A stretch of 64,000 nt of DNA from an uncultured Bacilli bacterium (GTDB lineage Bacteria > Bacillota_I > Bacilli_A > RF39 > UBA660), in NCBI GenBank assembly GCA_934148995.1, contig CAKPDM010000001.1, positions 69,073 to 133,072 of the forward strand, written 5' to 3'. Position 1 is the stretch's first letter, and each line of letters opens with the position of its first letter. The notes beneath the pieces are model-generated. The model was not told the DNA's origin. It did not search any database and saw only the letters and a program-made list of their open reading frames with translations. The position numbers and the translations under genes were made by a program. Positions 10,566-19,970 of this stretch are shown here, one piece after another.

Positions 10566-11081
10566 TTAATATATTTTCTCTTGAGTAAATATATATTGAT
10601 AAAATTCTTCACAACTAAGGTGATATTTTTTAGGTTTTTGATATTCATATAAATGAACTTTATCAGTTGATTCTATTTCATCTTTTCTACTTCTTAAAAA
10701 CTTTTCTTTAACATCTAATAATAACTCATTCAAAGTATTATACTCATGAATACCTTTTTCATCATACCAAGAATGTTCAAACCAGTAGACTTTATTATTC
10801 TTATAAAATACAAGAAAAGTATGTGATGGTAGTGTATCATGATTGTCTGCATAGATAAAGTATGTTTTATTTTTGATACTATTGTTTGTAAATAGTTTTC
10901 TTTCTAATTCCACTTGATCCCAGCAGACACCTTTCTTTTTTACTAATAATTCTTCTGGTGACATAAGATAATAAATCTTATTAAAAACTTGCTCTACATC
11001 TTTATCTTTAAAGATATCATTTGAAGAATTATCTAAAAAACCATACTCAATAGTATCCATTATTTTCATTATTTCATTCAT
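10566..11081 (-). CDS. Hypothetical protein (possible papain-/transglutaminase-like Cys-His fold)
   Basis: 171 aa; conserved-looking GVCWD ... HSWYDEKGIHEY; no confident family assignment. Confidence 0.35.
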   Translation of the reverse strand: MNEIMKIMDTIEYGFLDNSSNDIFKDKDVEQVFNKIYYLMSPEELLVKKKGVCWDQVELERKLFTNNSIKNKTYFIYADNHDTLPSHTFLVFYKNNKVYWFEHSWYDEKGIHEYNTLNELLLDVKEKFLRSRKDEIESTDKVHLYEYQKPKKYHLSCEEFYQYIFTQEKIY

Positions 11082-11105
11082 AAAGTTTCACATCCTATAC
11101 TAATA

Positions 11106-11633
11106 TTATCTTATATAATATATATAATTATCTTTACGAGGAGTTGCTTTTGGAGTTTCTTTATTTTTGTAACCTAATGCACAAAAACCAATCCCTTCAT
11201 AGTCTCCTTCTATTTCTAAATTTTTAAGTAATTCTTTTCCAAAAGGTAATTCAAATTCTTCCTTCGCTCTATGAATCCAAATACTACCCAAACCTAAACT
11301 TTCAGCAGCATTTAACATATTACCAAGAACTAAACTTCCATCATAAATATAGGTTTGTACAGTTTTGTCAGCTAAGACTGCTAAAATAACTGGTGCTCCA
11401 TAAAATGAATCAAATCCTTCTTTCCAACCAGCTATTTTTCTATTCTCTTCAGCAACCTTATCACGTATTTCTTTATTAGTTATTGCTATAATGATTGGGG
11501 ATTGTTTTCCATGCCCAGTTGGAGCATAAGTACCTGCTTCTATAATAGCTTTTAATTCTTCTTCTGTTATCATATCACTCTTGAAATCTCTACAACTTCT
11601 TCTACTTTTTAAATCTTCTAATGTTTTATTCAC
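11106..11633 (-). CDS. Nitroreductase-family protein
   Basis: 175 aa; N-terminal RRSCRDF motif typical of NADH/FMN nitroreductases. Confidence 0.7.
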   Translation of the reverse strand: MNKTLEDLKSRRSCRDFKSDMITEEELKAIIEAGTYAPTGHGKQSPIIIAITNKEIRDKVAEENRKIAGWKEGFDSFYGAPVILAVLADKTVQTYIYDGSLVLGNMLNAAESLGLGSIWIHRAKEEFELPFGKELLKNLEIEGDYEGIGFCALGYKNKETPKATPRKDNYIYYIR

Positions 11634-11731
11634 TATTTATCTTCTCCCTTACTATTATCATTTTCTAATACTATTTGATATTTATCAATACAAAATATAT
11701 TTTCTTTATCACAATATATAATATCTTTCTA

Positions 11732-12241
11732 TTAAATTATAAATAATCCTAAAAACATAAGTAATGGTAAAAATATTAATAGATAATCTAAAATTTTATT
11801 TAATATATTATTTTTCTTAGTTATTGAAAGAAATATCACCATTAAAATCATTCCTATGATACCACCTATAGTGTTCATAATAATATCTGTTATATCTGAT
11901 ACGCCAATATGAAAGATGTATTGTAATATTTCAAATAAAAGAGATGTGGAAGAAATTATAACTATACTTAAAAATTTTCTATCCTTTAAAAGATATTTTA
12001 GATACATTCCTAAAGGAATAAATAAAACTACATTGATAATTGTTTCTCTCATTCCATTTACTACTCCTTTAGCTTTGAAAGGAATAAGGTTAATTGTTCT
12101 TATATATTTTAAATATGATAAGTTTAATCTAAATTTAAAGACAATAATCCAGATTAGTAATAAAACATATAAAGTAAACGCCACTATTATTAATTTATTT
12201 GACTTTGTATTTTCTTTACCCATAACTACTCCTATACACAT
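11732..12241 (-). CDS. VanZ-family membrane protein
   Basis: 169 aa, 4 TM helices, VanZ-like ...IGVSDITDIIMNTIGGIIG... Confidence 0.55.
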   Translation of the reverse strand: MCIGVVMGKENTKSNKLIIVAFTLYVLLLIWIIVFKFRLNLSYLKYIRTINLIPFKAKGVVNGMRETIINVVLFIPLGMYLKYLLKDRKFLSIVIISSTSLLFEILQYIFHIGVSDITDIIMNTIGGIIGMILMVIFLSITKKNNILNKILDYLLIFLPLLMFLGLFII

Positions 12242-12282
12242 TGATTTTTTCTTACTTATATTATACTTCTTTTAATCAAGAT

Positions 12283-12312
12283 AAAAAAGAAAAAACTAAC
12301 TGCTATAGTTAG
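12283..12312 (-). terminator. Terminator downstream of tRNA-Thr unit
   Basis: minus strand CCTAACT-ATAGC-AGTTAG followed by TTTTTTCTTTTTT. Confidence 0.4.
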
Positions 12313-12468
12313 GAATATTACTTTTTATAAGAATTTATATTTCCTATACTTTTCGTTTGTCTCAGCAAGTAATTTTAATAATTTCTTATTAGAATTATAC
12401 TATGTAAAAAGCTTTTTAACTTTTATTAGTTGCATCATCACAGCTAATTTTATTAATATTTTCACCTA

Positions 12469-12546
12469 AAAAATGCACAATATTTCTGAATTACTGTGCA
12501 TTTTATATTACTTTTACTATTGTTTTTGCTACTCATGTGCATTTTT
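12469..12546. promoter_or_regulatory. Cluster of three TGTGCATTTT copies (one inverted; 10-bp IR AAAATGCACA/TGTGCATTTT with 16-nt spacer)
   Basis: seen directly at 12469-12478, 12495-12504, 12536-12545. Confidence 0.3.
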
Positions 12547-12586
12547 ATGAAAAACGTGCTTCATAAGAAGTTTGAATAATCTTTAA

Positions 12587-12662
12587 TGGTGCCGACTAAA
12601 GGACTCGAACCTTCGACCTACGCGTTACGAATGCGTTGCTCTACCAACTAAGCTAAGTCGGC
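12587..12662 (-). tRNA. tRNA-Thr (anticodon CGU), CCA encoded
   Basis: GCCGACTTAGCTTAGTTGGTAGAGCAACGCATTCGTAACGCGTAGGTCGAAGGTTCGAGTCCTTTAGTCGGCACCA: 7-bp acceptor stem, D and T arms (GGTTCGAGTCC), U33 then CGT anticodon; one A-C mismatch in anticodon stem. Confidence 0.85.
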
Positions 12663-12713
12663 GTAGATAACTCTACTACTTCATTATAGCAGAGTTTTTT
12701 TCTTTTTAAAAGA

Positions 12714-15014
12714 TTATTCTGTTCTAAGTGCTACTACTGGGTCTTTTTTACTAGCCATTTTTGCAGGAATAAAACCACTAAGTACCGTTAGAGAAACACT
12801 AATTAGTAAGAGAATAAGAGCGTGAATAGGATTTAATTTTGCTACAGAAGCTAATCCTGATAAATTTTCTATTATTCTGTTAGCTGGAAATGTTAACAGA
12901 TAAGCAATAACTAATCCTAAAATTCCACTACATAGACCAATTAACATAGTTTCAGCATTAAACACTCTTGTTATATCTTTAGCTCTTGCTCCTAAAGCTC
13001 TTAAAATTCCAATTTCTTTAGTTCTTTCTAAAACTGATATGTAGGTAATTATAGCTATCATTATACTAGATACCACTAAAGATATAGATGAGAATGCAAT
13101 TAAAACTACTGTAATAGCATCCATTATACCACTTGATAAACTACTCATTAACTTAGCCATATCGGTATAAGTTATCTTATCAGTATCTCCTTTATTTTTA
13201 TTATACCTATCTAAGTAACTTGTTATTTTATCTTTACTTTTAAAATCTTTTGGATAAAGATAAATAACTGCTGGAATTTCATCTGCTCCTAAATAAGCAA
13301 GAACATCATTCTTAGTTGTAGTATCATCAAAACTTGCTCCTGTTAAGATATTGTAATCTAATTCTTCTTGTCTCTTTACAATATCACTTTCTTTATTTAT
13401 AGAAATAATCTTATCAACTAATGCTCCTGTATAATAAATAGCAGCTTGATTAGTAAACATTTCTTTATCTTCTTTGCCTCTAATGATGGCTTTTATTTTA
13501 ACAGTTATACTATTTTCACTATTGTACATTTTTTCGTAATTACTATCAGGAATGAAGTTTGCCCCTAATTGTTTATAATAGTCATTATTAGTAATTAGTT
13601 TAATTTCTTTATTTAAGATATCATCAAATGAGATATTTTTAGTTGAATCAAAACCTAAACTTTCAATTAATGATTTATCAACACCATTTTTTGAATCTAT
13701 TGCTAAAATTAAACCTATTTCTTTACTGTCAATACTACCAGCTAATACATCATAATTATCTTCCACTACACCAGTTTCTTTTTCACTAGTTCTAGTTGGA
13801 AATAATTGATATGACATACTGTTCGACATATCTATTTTTTTATAATTATTATCTTTATCCACAGTTACTAAATTAAGTCCAGTCTTTTTAAGATATGATA
13901 TTCCACTCAAAAGATTTTTATCAATACTATCTACGTAGTTTAAATAATCAGAAGTAATATTATTAGTATGAATCATTTTTTCCACAACTGATTCTGTTGG
14001 TTTTACTACCTTTTCATTTGGATATTTATCTTTCTTATCAGTATTAGTTTGCATTTGTTCTTCAAGAGTTGATTCATCCATTTGCATAGCTTGACTACTA
14101 ATAGTTATTGGCATTTGTGATAAAGTGCTTTTCTCAAATTTATCTATTTGAAGTTGAAAACCATTTGATAAAGATAGAATTAAAGCAATACCAATTATTC
14201 CAATTGAAGCAGCAAAAGCTGTTAAAAAGGTTCTACCTTTCTTTGTTTTTATGTTATTAAAAGATAAATGAATTGCTGATAAATAACTTAATACTGTTTT
14301 TCTAATATGAACTTTACCAAGATTTTCTTCTTCACTATTAATAGGATTTGAATCTGATAAAATTTTTCCATCTTTAAATTCTATTATTCTATTAGCATAG
14401 TCTTTAGCAAGCTCTGGATTGTGAGTTACCATTATTACTAATTTATCTTTAGCTATTTCTTTAATAAGATTCATTATCTGAACACTAGTAGCAGAGTCAA
14501 GCGCTCCAGTTGGTTCATCAGCAAGAATTATATCGGGATCATTTACTAAGCTTCGAGCAATAGCTACTCTTTGCATTTGACCACCACTTAATTGATTTGG
14601 TTTTTTATAAGCATGATCTTTTAAACCAACTTTTTCTAAAGCTTCTAAAGCTTTTTCTTTCTTATTTTTTCTTTTATAGCCAGATAAAGTCAAAGCCATT
14701 TCCACATTTTCTAAAACACTTATATGACTTATTAAGTTATAAGACTGAAAAATAAAACCAACACAATTATTTCGATAACTATCCCATTCTGTTGCTTTAA
14801 ACTTTTTTGTACTTTTTCCATTAATAATCAAATCACCAGAATCATATCTATCTAAACCACCAATTATATTTAGTAAAGTGGTTTTTCCACTACCTGAAGG
14901 ACCAAGAATAGCAACAAACTCATTTTTTCGAAAACTTAAATCCACGTTTTTCAAAGCATGTTGAACAAAGTTGCCAGTTTTATAACTTTTATTTATATTT
15001 TTTAATTCTAACAT
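12714..15014 (-). CDS. ABC transporter, fused ATPase-permease of MacB/FtsX type
   Basis: 766 aa; N-terminal Walker A GPSGSGKTT, signature LSGGQMQRVAIAR, Walker B ILADEPT; large extracytoplasmic domain and C-terminal FtsX-like 4-TM permease. Confidence 0.8.
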   Translation of the reverse strand: MLELKNINKSYKTGNFVQHALKNVDLSFRKNEFVAILGPSGSGKTTLLNIIGGLDRYDSGDLIINGKSTKKFKATEWDSYRNNCVGFIFQSYNLISHISVLENVEMALTLSGYKRKNKKEKALEALEKVGLKDHAYKKPNQLSGGQMQRVAIARSLVNDPDIILADEPTGALDSATSVQIMNLIKEIAKDKLVIMVTHNPELAKDYANRIIEFKDGKILSDSNPINSEEENLGKVHIRKTVLSYLSAIHLSFNNIKTKKGRTFLTAFAASIGIIGIALILSLSNGFQLQIDKFEKSTLSQMPITISSQAMQMDESTLEEQMQTNTDKKDKYPNEKVVKPTESVVEKMIHTNNITSDYLNYVDSIDKNLLSGISYLKKTGLNLVTVDKDNNYKKIDMSNSMSYQLFPTRTSEKETGVVEDNYDVLAGSIDSKEIGLILAIDSKNGVDKSLIESLGFDSTKNISFDDILNKEIKLITNNDYYKQLGANFIPDSNYEKMYNSENSITVKIKAIIRGKEDKEMFTNQAAIYYTGALVDKIISINKESDIVKRQEELDYNILTGASFDDTTTKNDVLAYLGADEIPAVIYLYPKDFKSKDKITSYLDRYNKNKGDTDKITYTDMAKLMSSLSSGIMDAITVVLIAFSSISLVVSSIMIAIITYISVLERTKEIGILRALGARAKDITRVFNAETMLIGLCSGILGLVIAYLLTFPANRIIENLSGLASVAKLNPIHALILLLISVSLTVLSGFIPAKMASKKDPVVALRTE

Positions 15015-15096
15015 AATTCACCTTCTCTTTATAAGTATATCATTATTTTACCTAAAATTTTCTCAATTGCAAAAGAAAAAACTGTTTTCCACAGTT

Positions 15097-15534
15097 TTAT
15101 AAGTATTCTTTTAGTTTATCCACAGTTCGTTGTTGAAATTTTAAAAAGTCTTCGGCTAATTTCTTATCTTCCTTGTTTGCTTCTTTAGTAAAGTCTTTGA
15201 TTTTCTTTTCCATTTCAATAGAACCCATTGATACACCTTTAATTAACATATCAGCTATAGCAGAATCGCTATTATCTTTCTTTACTTCCTTACTAATTCC
15301 CATAGTGGACATCATCTTTGCAATAAGTCCTTCCTCTGCTAGTTTGATATTTTCTTTTTTTAGTTGTTCCTTCGCTTTACTTTTAAATTCTTGATATTCT
15401 TTTAAAATATCTTCTGCTAAGCCTTTAATCTTATTATCTCTTTCTTTGAGTTCTTCTAATAAGTGCTCCATCGTATAACTTCCCATCGAAGCATCTTTAT
15501 ATATATGTTCTAATAATTCATTTGTTTCTTTCAT
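15097..15534 (-). CDS. Hypothetical small charged coiled-coil protein
   Basis: 145 aa, K/E-rich, no TM; co-directional with CotF-like genes. Confidence 0.35.
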   Translation of the reverse strand: MKETNELLEHIYKDASMGSYTMEHLLEELKERDNKIKGLAEDILKEYQEFKSKAKEQLKKENIKLAEEGLIAKMMSTMGISKEVKKDNSDSAIADMLIKGVSMGSIEMEKKIKDFTKEANKEDKKLAEDFLKFQQRTVDKLKEYL

Positions 15535-15536
15535 AA

Positions 15537-15869
15537 TTATTCTCCTTCTATTTTTTCTTGTTCTTCTAATAATGTCTGATACTTTTCTGTGACTTTTATC
15601 TCTCCTGCTTCTTCTAATTTATAAAAACCACATCTAAACATAACTTCAAATGTTTCTCTTTGTAGATTTAACAACTTATCATACATTTCTTTATATTTAC
15701 TAAACAATTCTTCATTACTCACTTCTGTTAAAGCTACTGTATAATCTTTAACCATAGCTTTTAGAGTTGTTAATAAGTCACTTATATAATCTTTATCATT
15801 TAGTTCTATTCCTTCTTCCACTTCTATCATAGTATTAGATATTTCTTTATTCATGACTTCCTCCTTCAT
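15537..15869 (-). CDS. Spore coat protein F (Coat_F domain)-like
   Basis: 110 aa; DKDYISDLLTTLKAMVKDYTVALTE...LQRETFEVMFRCGFY closely resembles the CotF/YraD family signature. Confidence 0.5.
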   Translation of the reverse strand: MKEEVMNKEISNTMIEVEEGIELNDKDYISDLLTTLKAMVKDYTVALTEVSNEELFSKYKEMYDKLLNLQRETFEVMFRCGFYKLEEAGEIKVTEKYQTLLEEQEKIEGE

Positions 15870-16077
15870 TTAGAATATCTAGTATGATATTCATATTTTC
15901 TTTAAAAGTATCTCCTGCTTTTTCTATTGTTTCTTCTATTTCTAGATTATTTATCATATCAATTGAATTAATCATTTTTTTATAAGCTAGATAATTCCAA
16001 TTAAACATATCTTCTAAATAATCTAAATCTTTTGTAGAAATAATAGTTGGTACTTTTTCATAATTCATTTTTATCAC
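15847..16077 (-). CDS. CotF-like small protein (partial-length Coat_F domain)
   Basis: 76 aa; STKDLDYLEDMFNWNYLAYKKMINS... similar to first half of Coat_F domain. Confidence 0.35.
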   Translation of the reverse strand: MIKMNYEKVPTIISTKDLDYLEDMFNWNYLAYKKMINSIDMINNLEIEETIEKAGDTFKENMNIILDILNEGGSHE

Positions 16078-16111
16078 CTTCCACTATTATTATTGATAAA
16101 GTTTTTATTTT

Positions 16112-16146
16112 TATACAAAAAATATCAGTTGTAAGCAACTGATACT
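16112..16146 (-). terminator. Rho-independent terminator after PPKTG-ending gene
   Basis: minus strand ATCAGTTGCTTACAACTGAT then ATTTTTTGT. Confidence 0.5.
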
Positions 16147-17206
16147 AAACACCTGTCTTAGGTGGAATTATTTCATCACTTGGTTCTTCATCTACATTAA
16201 TAATTTCTATTTCTTTTGGTTGTTCTTTTGTTAATTGAAATTCAATATAAGCACTAAATTCATAGTTCATATAAGCATTTGTAGTATATGGTCCGTTTAT
16301 ATAGAAGTTCATTGTTGTTAAACTATTTTCACTTGATGGATTAATTGTTCCTAAATCTTTTGTAAAGTAATCATTACCTAATTCTCTATTTCGCATGTAA
16401 CTTCCAATTGCTGATAAATTACTTGTTTTATAATCATATTTTTCATCACCAAACAAGACACTAAATAATACATTGTACCAATAGTCGTAACCAAGTTCAG
16501 CCACTTCTAAATTACTTTCTTTGATAGGATAGTTATTTCCATTAAATAGTTCACTCACTACGTTTGCTGGTAAATCTTCTAGGTTAGTACACTTTAGATT
16601 ATATTTATTATTATAGAAATCTAAATAATATTTGTTTAATTCTTCTATTCCTTTGTAACCATTTTGTTGTAATTGATTTCCTAATGCTTCATCTGTTAAC
16701 ATATCTTTCTTGATACTTTTCTGATATAGAGCTCTTAATGCTGAATTTGCTGTTCTATTTGGTCCAAAAGTTCCAGCTATTACTTGTCCATCAAAGCCTT
16801 TACTATTTTCTAATTTTTCTTCATAATTACTAATATCCATCGTTGATAAGATAAAGCTTTTATCTTTATATAAATATTTATTATTTGATTTATTTATTAT
16901 TTGAATATTAACTTTAATTCCATCTCCTGGAACATAACCATCACTTTCACTAATTGCTTTAAAGATAGTTGGTACTATATTTATAGTATCTTCATTATAA
17001 TCTTCTGGTATTGTATAAGTTGCAGTTACCGAATCAATAACTCTTCTTGATATATGTACATCTATATTTTCCACAATTCCTGTGGATAAAACTTTTTCTG
17101 TCTCTTTTGTTGTTTGATATTTACTTAAGTTTTTTGCAGATACTGGCATACTACTTATCAGTAACATTAATGTTACCAAACTCATAAAAAATAATTTTTT
17201 TATCAT
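16145..17206 (-). CDS. Secreted protein with signal peptide whose extreme C-terminus is PPKTGV (sortase-B-type motif without membrane anchor)
   Basis: 353 aa; MIKKLFFMSLVTLMLLISSMPVSAKN signal; ends ...EEPSDEIIPPKTGV-stop; overlaps sortase B gene by 4 bp. Confidence 0.5.
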   Translation of the reverse strand: MIKKLFFMSLVTLMLLISSMPVSAKNLSKYQTTKETEKVLSTGIVENIDVHISRRVIDSVTATYTIPEDYNEDTINIVPTIFKAISESDGYVPGDGIKVNIQIINKSNNKYLYKDKSFILSTMDISNYEEKLENSKGFDGQVIAGTFGPNRTANSALRALYQKSIKKDMLTDEALGNQLQQNGYKGIEELNKYYLDFYNNKYNLKCTNLEDLPANVVSELFNGNNYPIKESNLEVAELGYDYWYNVLFSVLFGDEKYDYKTSNLSAIGSYMRNRELGNDYFTKDLGTINPSSENSLTTMNFYINGPYTTNAYMNYEFSAYIEFQLTKEQPKEIEIINVDEEPSDEIIPPKTGV

Positions 17207-17883
17207 ATTTTCTCCTTTAATTTTGCCCCAATCACAAGATACTGTCCATCCTCATCTTGGGAACAAGTTTGTAGTATTAATATTTTATTTGTTTCATCTA
17301 TATTTATACCTGTATCATATATAGATTTTTTCTTTAATTCTTCTAAGTGACTTTTAAATTTTTCATCACTAAATGCCAATCTTGTGTAAAAATAATCTTC
17401 TTTCAAGAGCATAACTGTAAATATTTGATAAATTTCTTTTTTATCTGGATAAGTTAATTCTATATTAGGATGATTTGTTAGAAATGATTGTTTTTTATAT
17501 CCTAGTAATTTTGTAAACGGAATATCTACAGTTGAAGAACTATGTCCATAAATAATTATTTTCCTTGTATTGTTAAGGTCTATTCGATAATCAACAAATA
17601 AGCTTCCACCAATAAATTTTTCTTTTTTATTATTATGATTCATATAAAATTCATTATCAGTTGTTTGCATTACTTTTTCATTTTGAATTAAATCATTTAT
17701 TGATAATGTTAGTTTTTCATCTTTATTTTTCTCTTCTTCCTTAACTGTGGCAGTGGTATTTATATCTGTAGCTTGGACATTAGTGGATTGTTTCTCCACT
17801 TGAGGAGTTTCTTTAACTCTATCAGGAATCATAATTATTAATAGACATATTATTATACTGACAACTGCTACTTTTTTTCTCAT
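17203..17883 (-). CDS. srtB: Class B sortase
   Basis: 226 aa; N-terminal TM anchor, IIIYGHSS (His), TKL, and LILQTC active-site Cys context typical of SrtB. Confidence 0.7.
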   Translation of the reverse strand: MRKKVAVVSIIICLLIIMIPDRVKETPQVEKQSTNVQATDINTTATVKEEEKNKDEKLTLSINDLIQNEKVMQTTDNEFYMNHNNKKEKFIGGSLFVDYRIDLNNTRKIIIYGHSSSTVDIPFTKLLGYKKQSFLTNHPNIELTYPDKKEIYQIFTVMLLKEDYFYTRLAFSDEKFKSHLEELKKKSIYDTGINIDETNKILILQTCSQDEDGQYLVIGAKLKEKI

Positions 17884-17935
17884 CTTCCCTCCTTTTTTCT
17901 AATATAACAGTTCAGATGAGAAAGTTTTGTCGAAA

Positions 17936-17968
17936 GAAAAAAATCAGTCTAACAAAGACTAATTTTTA
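17936..17968 (-). terminator. Terminator after Tmk-like gene (hairpin AGTCT-AACAA-AGACT + T-run, overlaps stop)
   Basis: seen directly. Confidence 0.45.
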
Positions 17969-18627
17969 TTTATTAACTCATATATTTCGTTATGTATAGC
18001 ATTTATATCTTTCATTTTACCATTTTCACTACATTCTATTATATTCCAAGATAGATACTTTGCTACAAATAGAGAATTATCATAAACTTTTTTCATATAT
18101 TCAATATTTCTTTCATGAATATCGTTTATTATTCCCTCATTATCTGGCCTTTCTTTTCTTAATTTATTAACTATTTCAAATGGAGCTGTTAGAAAAATAA
18201 CTATGTCTGGTTTTTTCATACCTAGTTTATTATATTCATAATCACTAACATAATCGATAAATTTTTTCTTTTCCTCAACATTTTCGATAAGTGCCGACTG
18301 ATATATCAAACTTGAGGTTGTATATCTATCTAGGAGTAATATGTTTCCAGATTCATAATCTTTTTTAAGACTAGTGTGCCAAGTAATTGCTCTATCACTA
18401 GCATATAGATTATTTATAAAATATGGTGAAAGTTCATTAAGGTTACCATAACTACCTTTTAAATATTCTTCCACACTTTTCCCATGATATACATCATAAC
18501 TTGGGAAATGATGCATTGTTACTTTTTTATTATCATCTAGCAAATGCTGATAAAGTAACTCATATTGTGTTGTTTTTCCTATACCGTCGCACGCACCTTC
18601 AATAACTATTATCTTTTTATTATTCAT
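17959..18627 (-). CDS. Thymidylate kinase-family (dNMP/deoxynucleoside kinase) protein
   Basis: 222 aa; P-loop VIEGACDGIGKTTQ (Tmk ..EG.DG.GKTTQ signature), DRYTTSSLIYQ (Tmk DR(Y/H) motif), lid region with R/K. Confidence 0.6.
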   Translation of the reverse strand: MNNKKIIVIEGACDGIGKTTQYELLYQHLLDDNKKVTMHHFPSYDVYHGKSVEEYLKGSYGNLNELSPYFINNLYASDRAITWHTSLKKDYESGNILLLDRYTTSSLIYQSALIENVEEKKKFIDYVSDYEYNKLGMKKPDIVIFLTAPFEIVNKLRKERPDNEGIINDIHERNIEYMKKVYDNSLFVAKYLSWNIIECSENGKMKDINAIHNEIYELINKN

Positions 18628-18638
18628 TCTATCTCCTT

Positions 18639-19835
18639 TTATTTTTTTAATATTTTTCTTATTGTAAGAAATTCTTGTGGATACTCTTCTAATCTTCCAC
18701 GATTTTCATTAATTATGATAGGAGGAACAAAGTCAATATACCAGCCATTTTTCAAGTATTCACTAAATTCATGCTCATAGTTAACACGGCTAGTGGTAAT
18801 TGTTTTTTTCTTTTGACTTGATATTTTATGAAATCCACAAACTCTTACTAATAAATCACTCATATCTAGTTTTTTAATAAAATTCAAATCTTTATTATAA
18901 TTTGTTGATTTTAGTTTTAATTCTTCAAAAAATTCATAAAAACAAGCATGTGCGTCATAAATACCAGCTATTAGATTTACTAATCTTTTATCATAGCTCT
19001 TTCCATCATAGTAGCTTGTAAAATGATAAATCAAATTAACACAATCTTGAAACTCTGAGTCAGTTATAAAACCGTTTTTAGTTACATTAGAAATGTTATT
19101 GAGATAGTATTTAGAATTTGACAAATTCTTTAAATTATTATCCATTTCTTCATAATAAGCATATTTTAAATTGGAACCTTTGTGACCGTTTTCTCCCATA
19201 GAATTATACAATCCACCCGAAGGTGTTATATACCACGAATCAGGTAGATTAAATTTTATTTTACTTGATCTTTTGGGAATAATAAGATCATATTCATTTA
19301 ATTTCTTTATTGCTGAATCTATTTCTTTTCCTATTTCTGGTGCTAATTTTCCTTGAAATGTTGCTACCGTTTTCAAAGATTCTAAATACTCCTTCAATTC
19401 ATTTTTACTTTTCATATTTAGATTAGAATCAAACAAGTATATGTTTATTATTGAGGTAATATATAAATTTATATGCTCATAATATTCAGATGTTCCTTTT
19501 TCATATTTAAACTTGGCCATCAAAAGAGCAAATTTACGTTTAAAATTATCATTTTTTGCAAGTATATCATCTGATAAATAGTCATAAATATCGCTATAGA
19601 TTTCTGCATAACAGTCAAGAACTTGTAAAAAGTCATCATTATCATATTTTGAAGGCAATAAATCATTTAGTAAAACATCCAGATCAGCTAGTTTGCAAAA
19701 AAGTTTATAGTACGTTTTATAAAATTCTATTGGTACCTGATTGGCTTTAATACTAAGATCCATCATTCGTAACGGTTCTACCAAATCTAAATACTGCTGC
19801 TTTTTTTCTTCTAATTCTTTATAATATTTAATCAT
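18639..19835 (-). CDS. Hypothetical protein of unknown function, co-operonic with Tmk-like kinase, adjacent to tmRNA
   Basis: 398 aa, Y/N/K-rich, no TM, no recognisable motif by eye; 11-bp gap to downstream kinase gene. Confidence 0.45.
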   Translation of the reverse strand: MIKYYKELEEKKQQYLDLVEPLRMMDLSIKANQVPIEFYKTYYKLFCKLADLDVLLNDLLPSKYDNDDFLQVLDCYAEIYSDIYDYLSDDILAKNDNFKRKFALLMAKFKYEKGTSEYYEHINLYITSIINIYLFDSNLNMKSKNELKEYLESLKTVATFQGKLAPEIGKEIDSAIKKLNEYDLIIPKRSSKIKFNLPDSWYITPSGGLYNSMGENGHKGSNLKYAYYEEMDNNLKNLSNSKYYLNNISNVTKNGFITDSEFQDCVNLIYHFTSYYDGKSYDKRLVNLIAGIYDAHACFYEFFEELKLKSTNYNKDLNFIKKLDMSDLLVRVCGFHKISSQKKKTITTSRVNYEHEFSEYLKNGWYIDFVPPIIINENRGRLEEYPQEFLTIRKILKK

Positions 19836-19924
19836 ATGATTCCAACTTTCTTGTAATATATGTGTTAATTTTTCATAGTCAGTTATTTATATTCTAACAT
19901 AATAATCATATCATATGTAAATAT

Positions 19925-19958
19925 ATACAAAATAAAACTCGAAACTAGAAAATCGAGC
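19925..19958 (-). terminator. tmRNA terminator
   Basis: minus strand CTCGATTTTCTAGTTTCGAG followed by TTTTATTTTG directly after tmRNA 3' CCA. Confidence 0.5.
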
Positions 19959-19970
19959 TTAATACTTATT

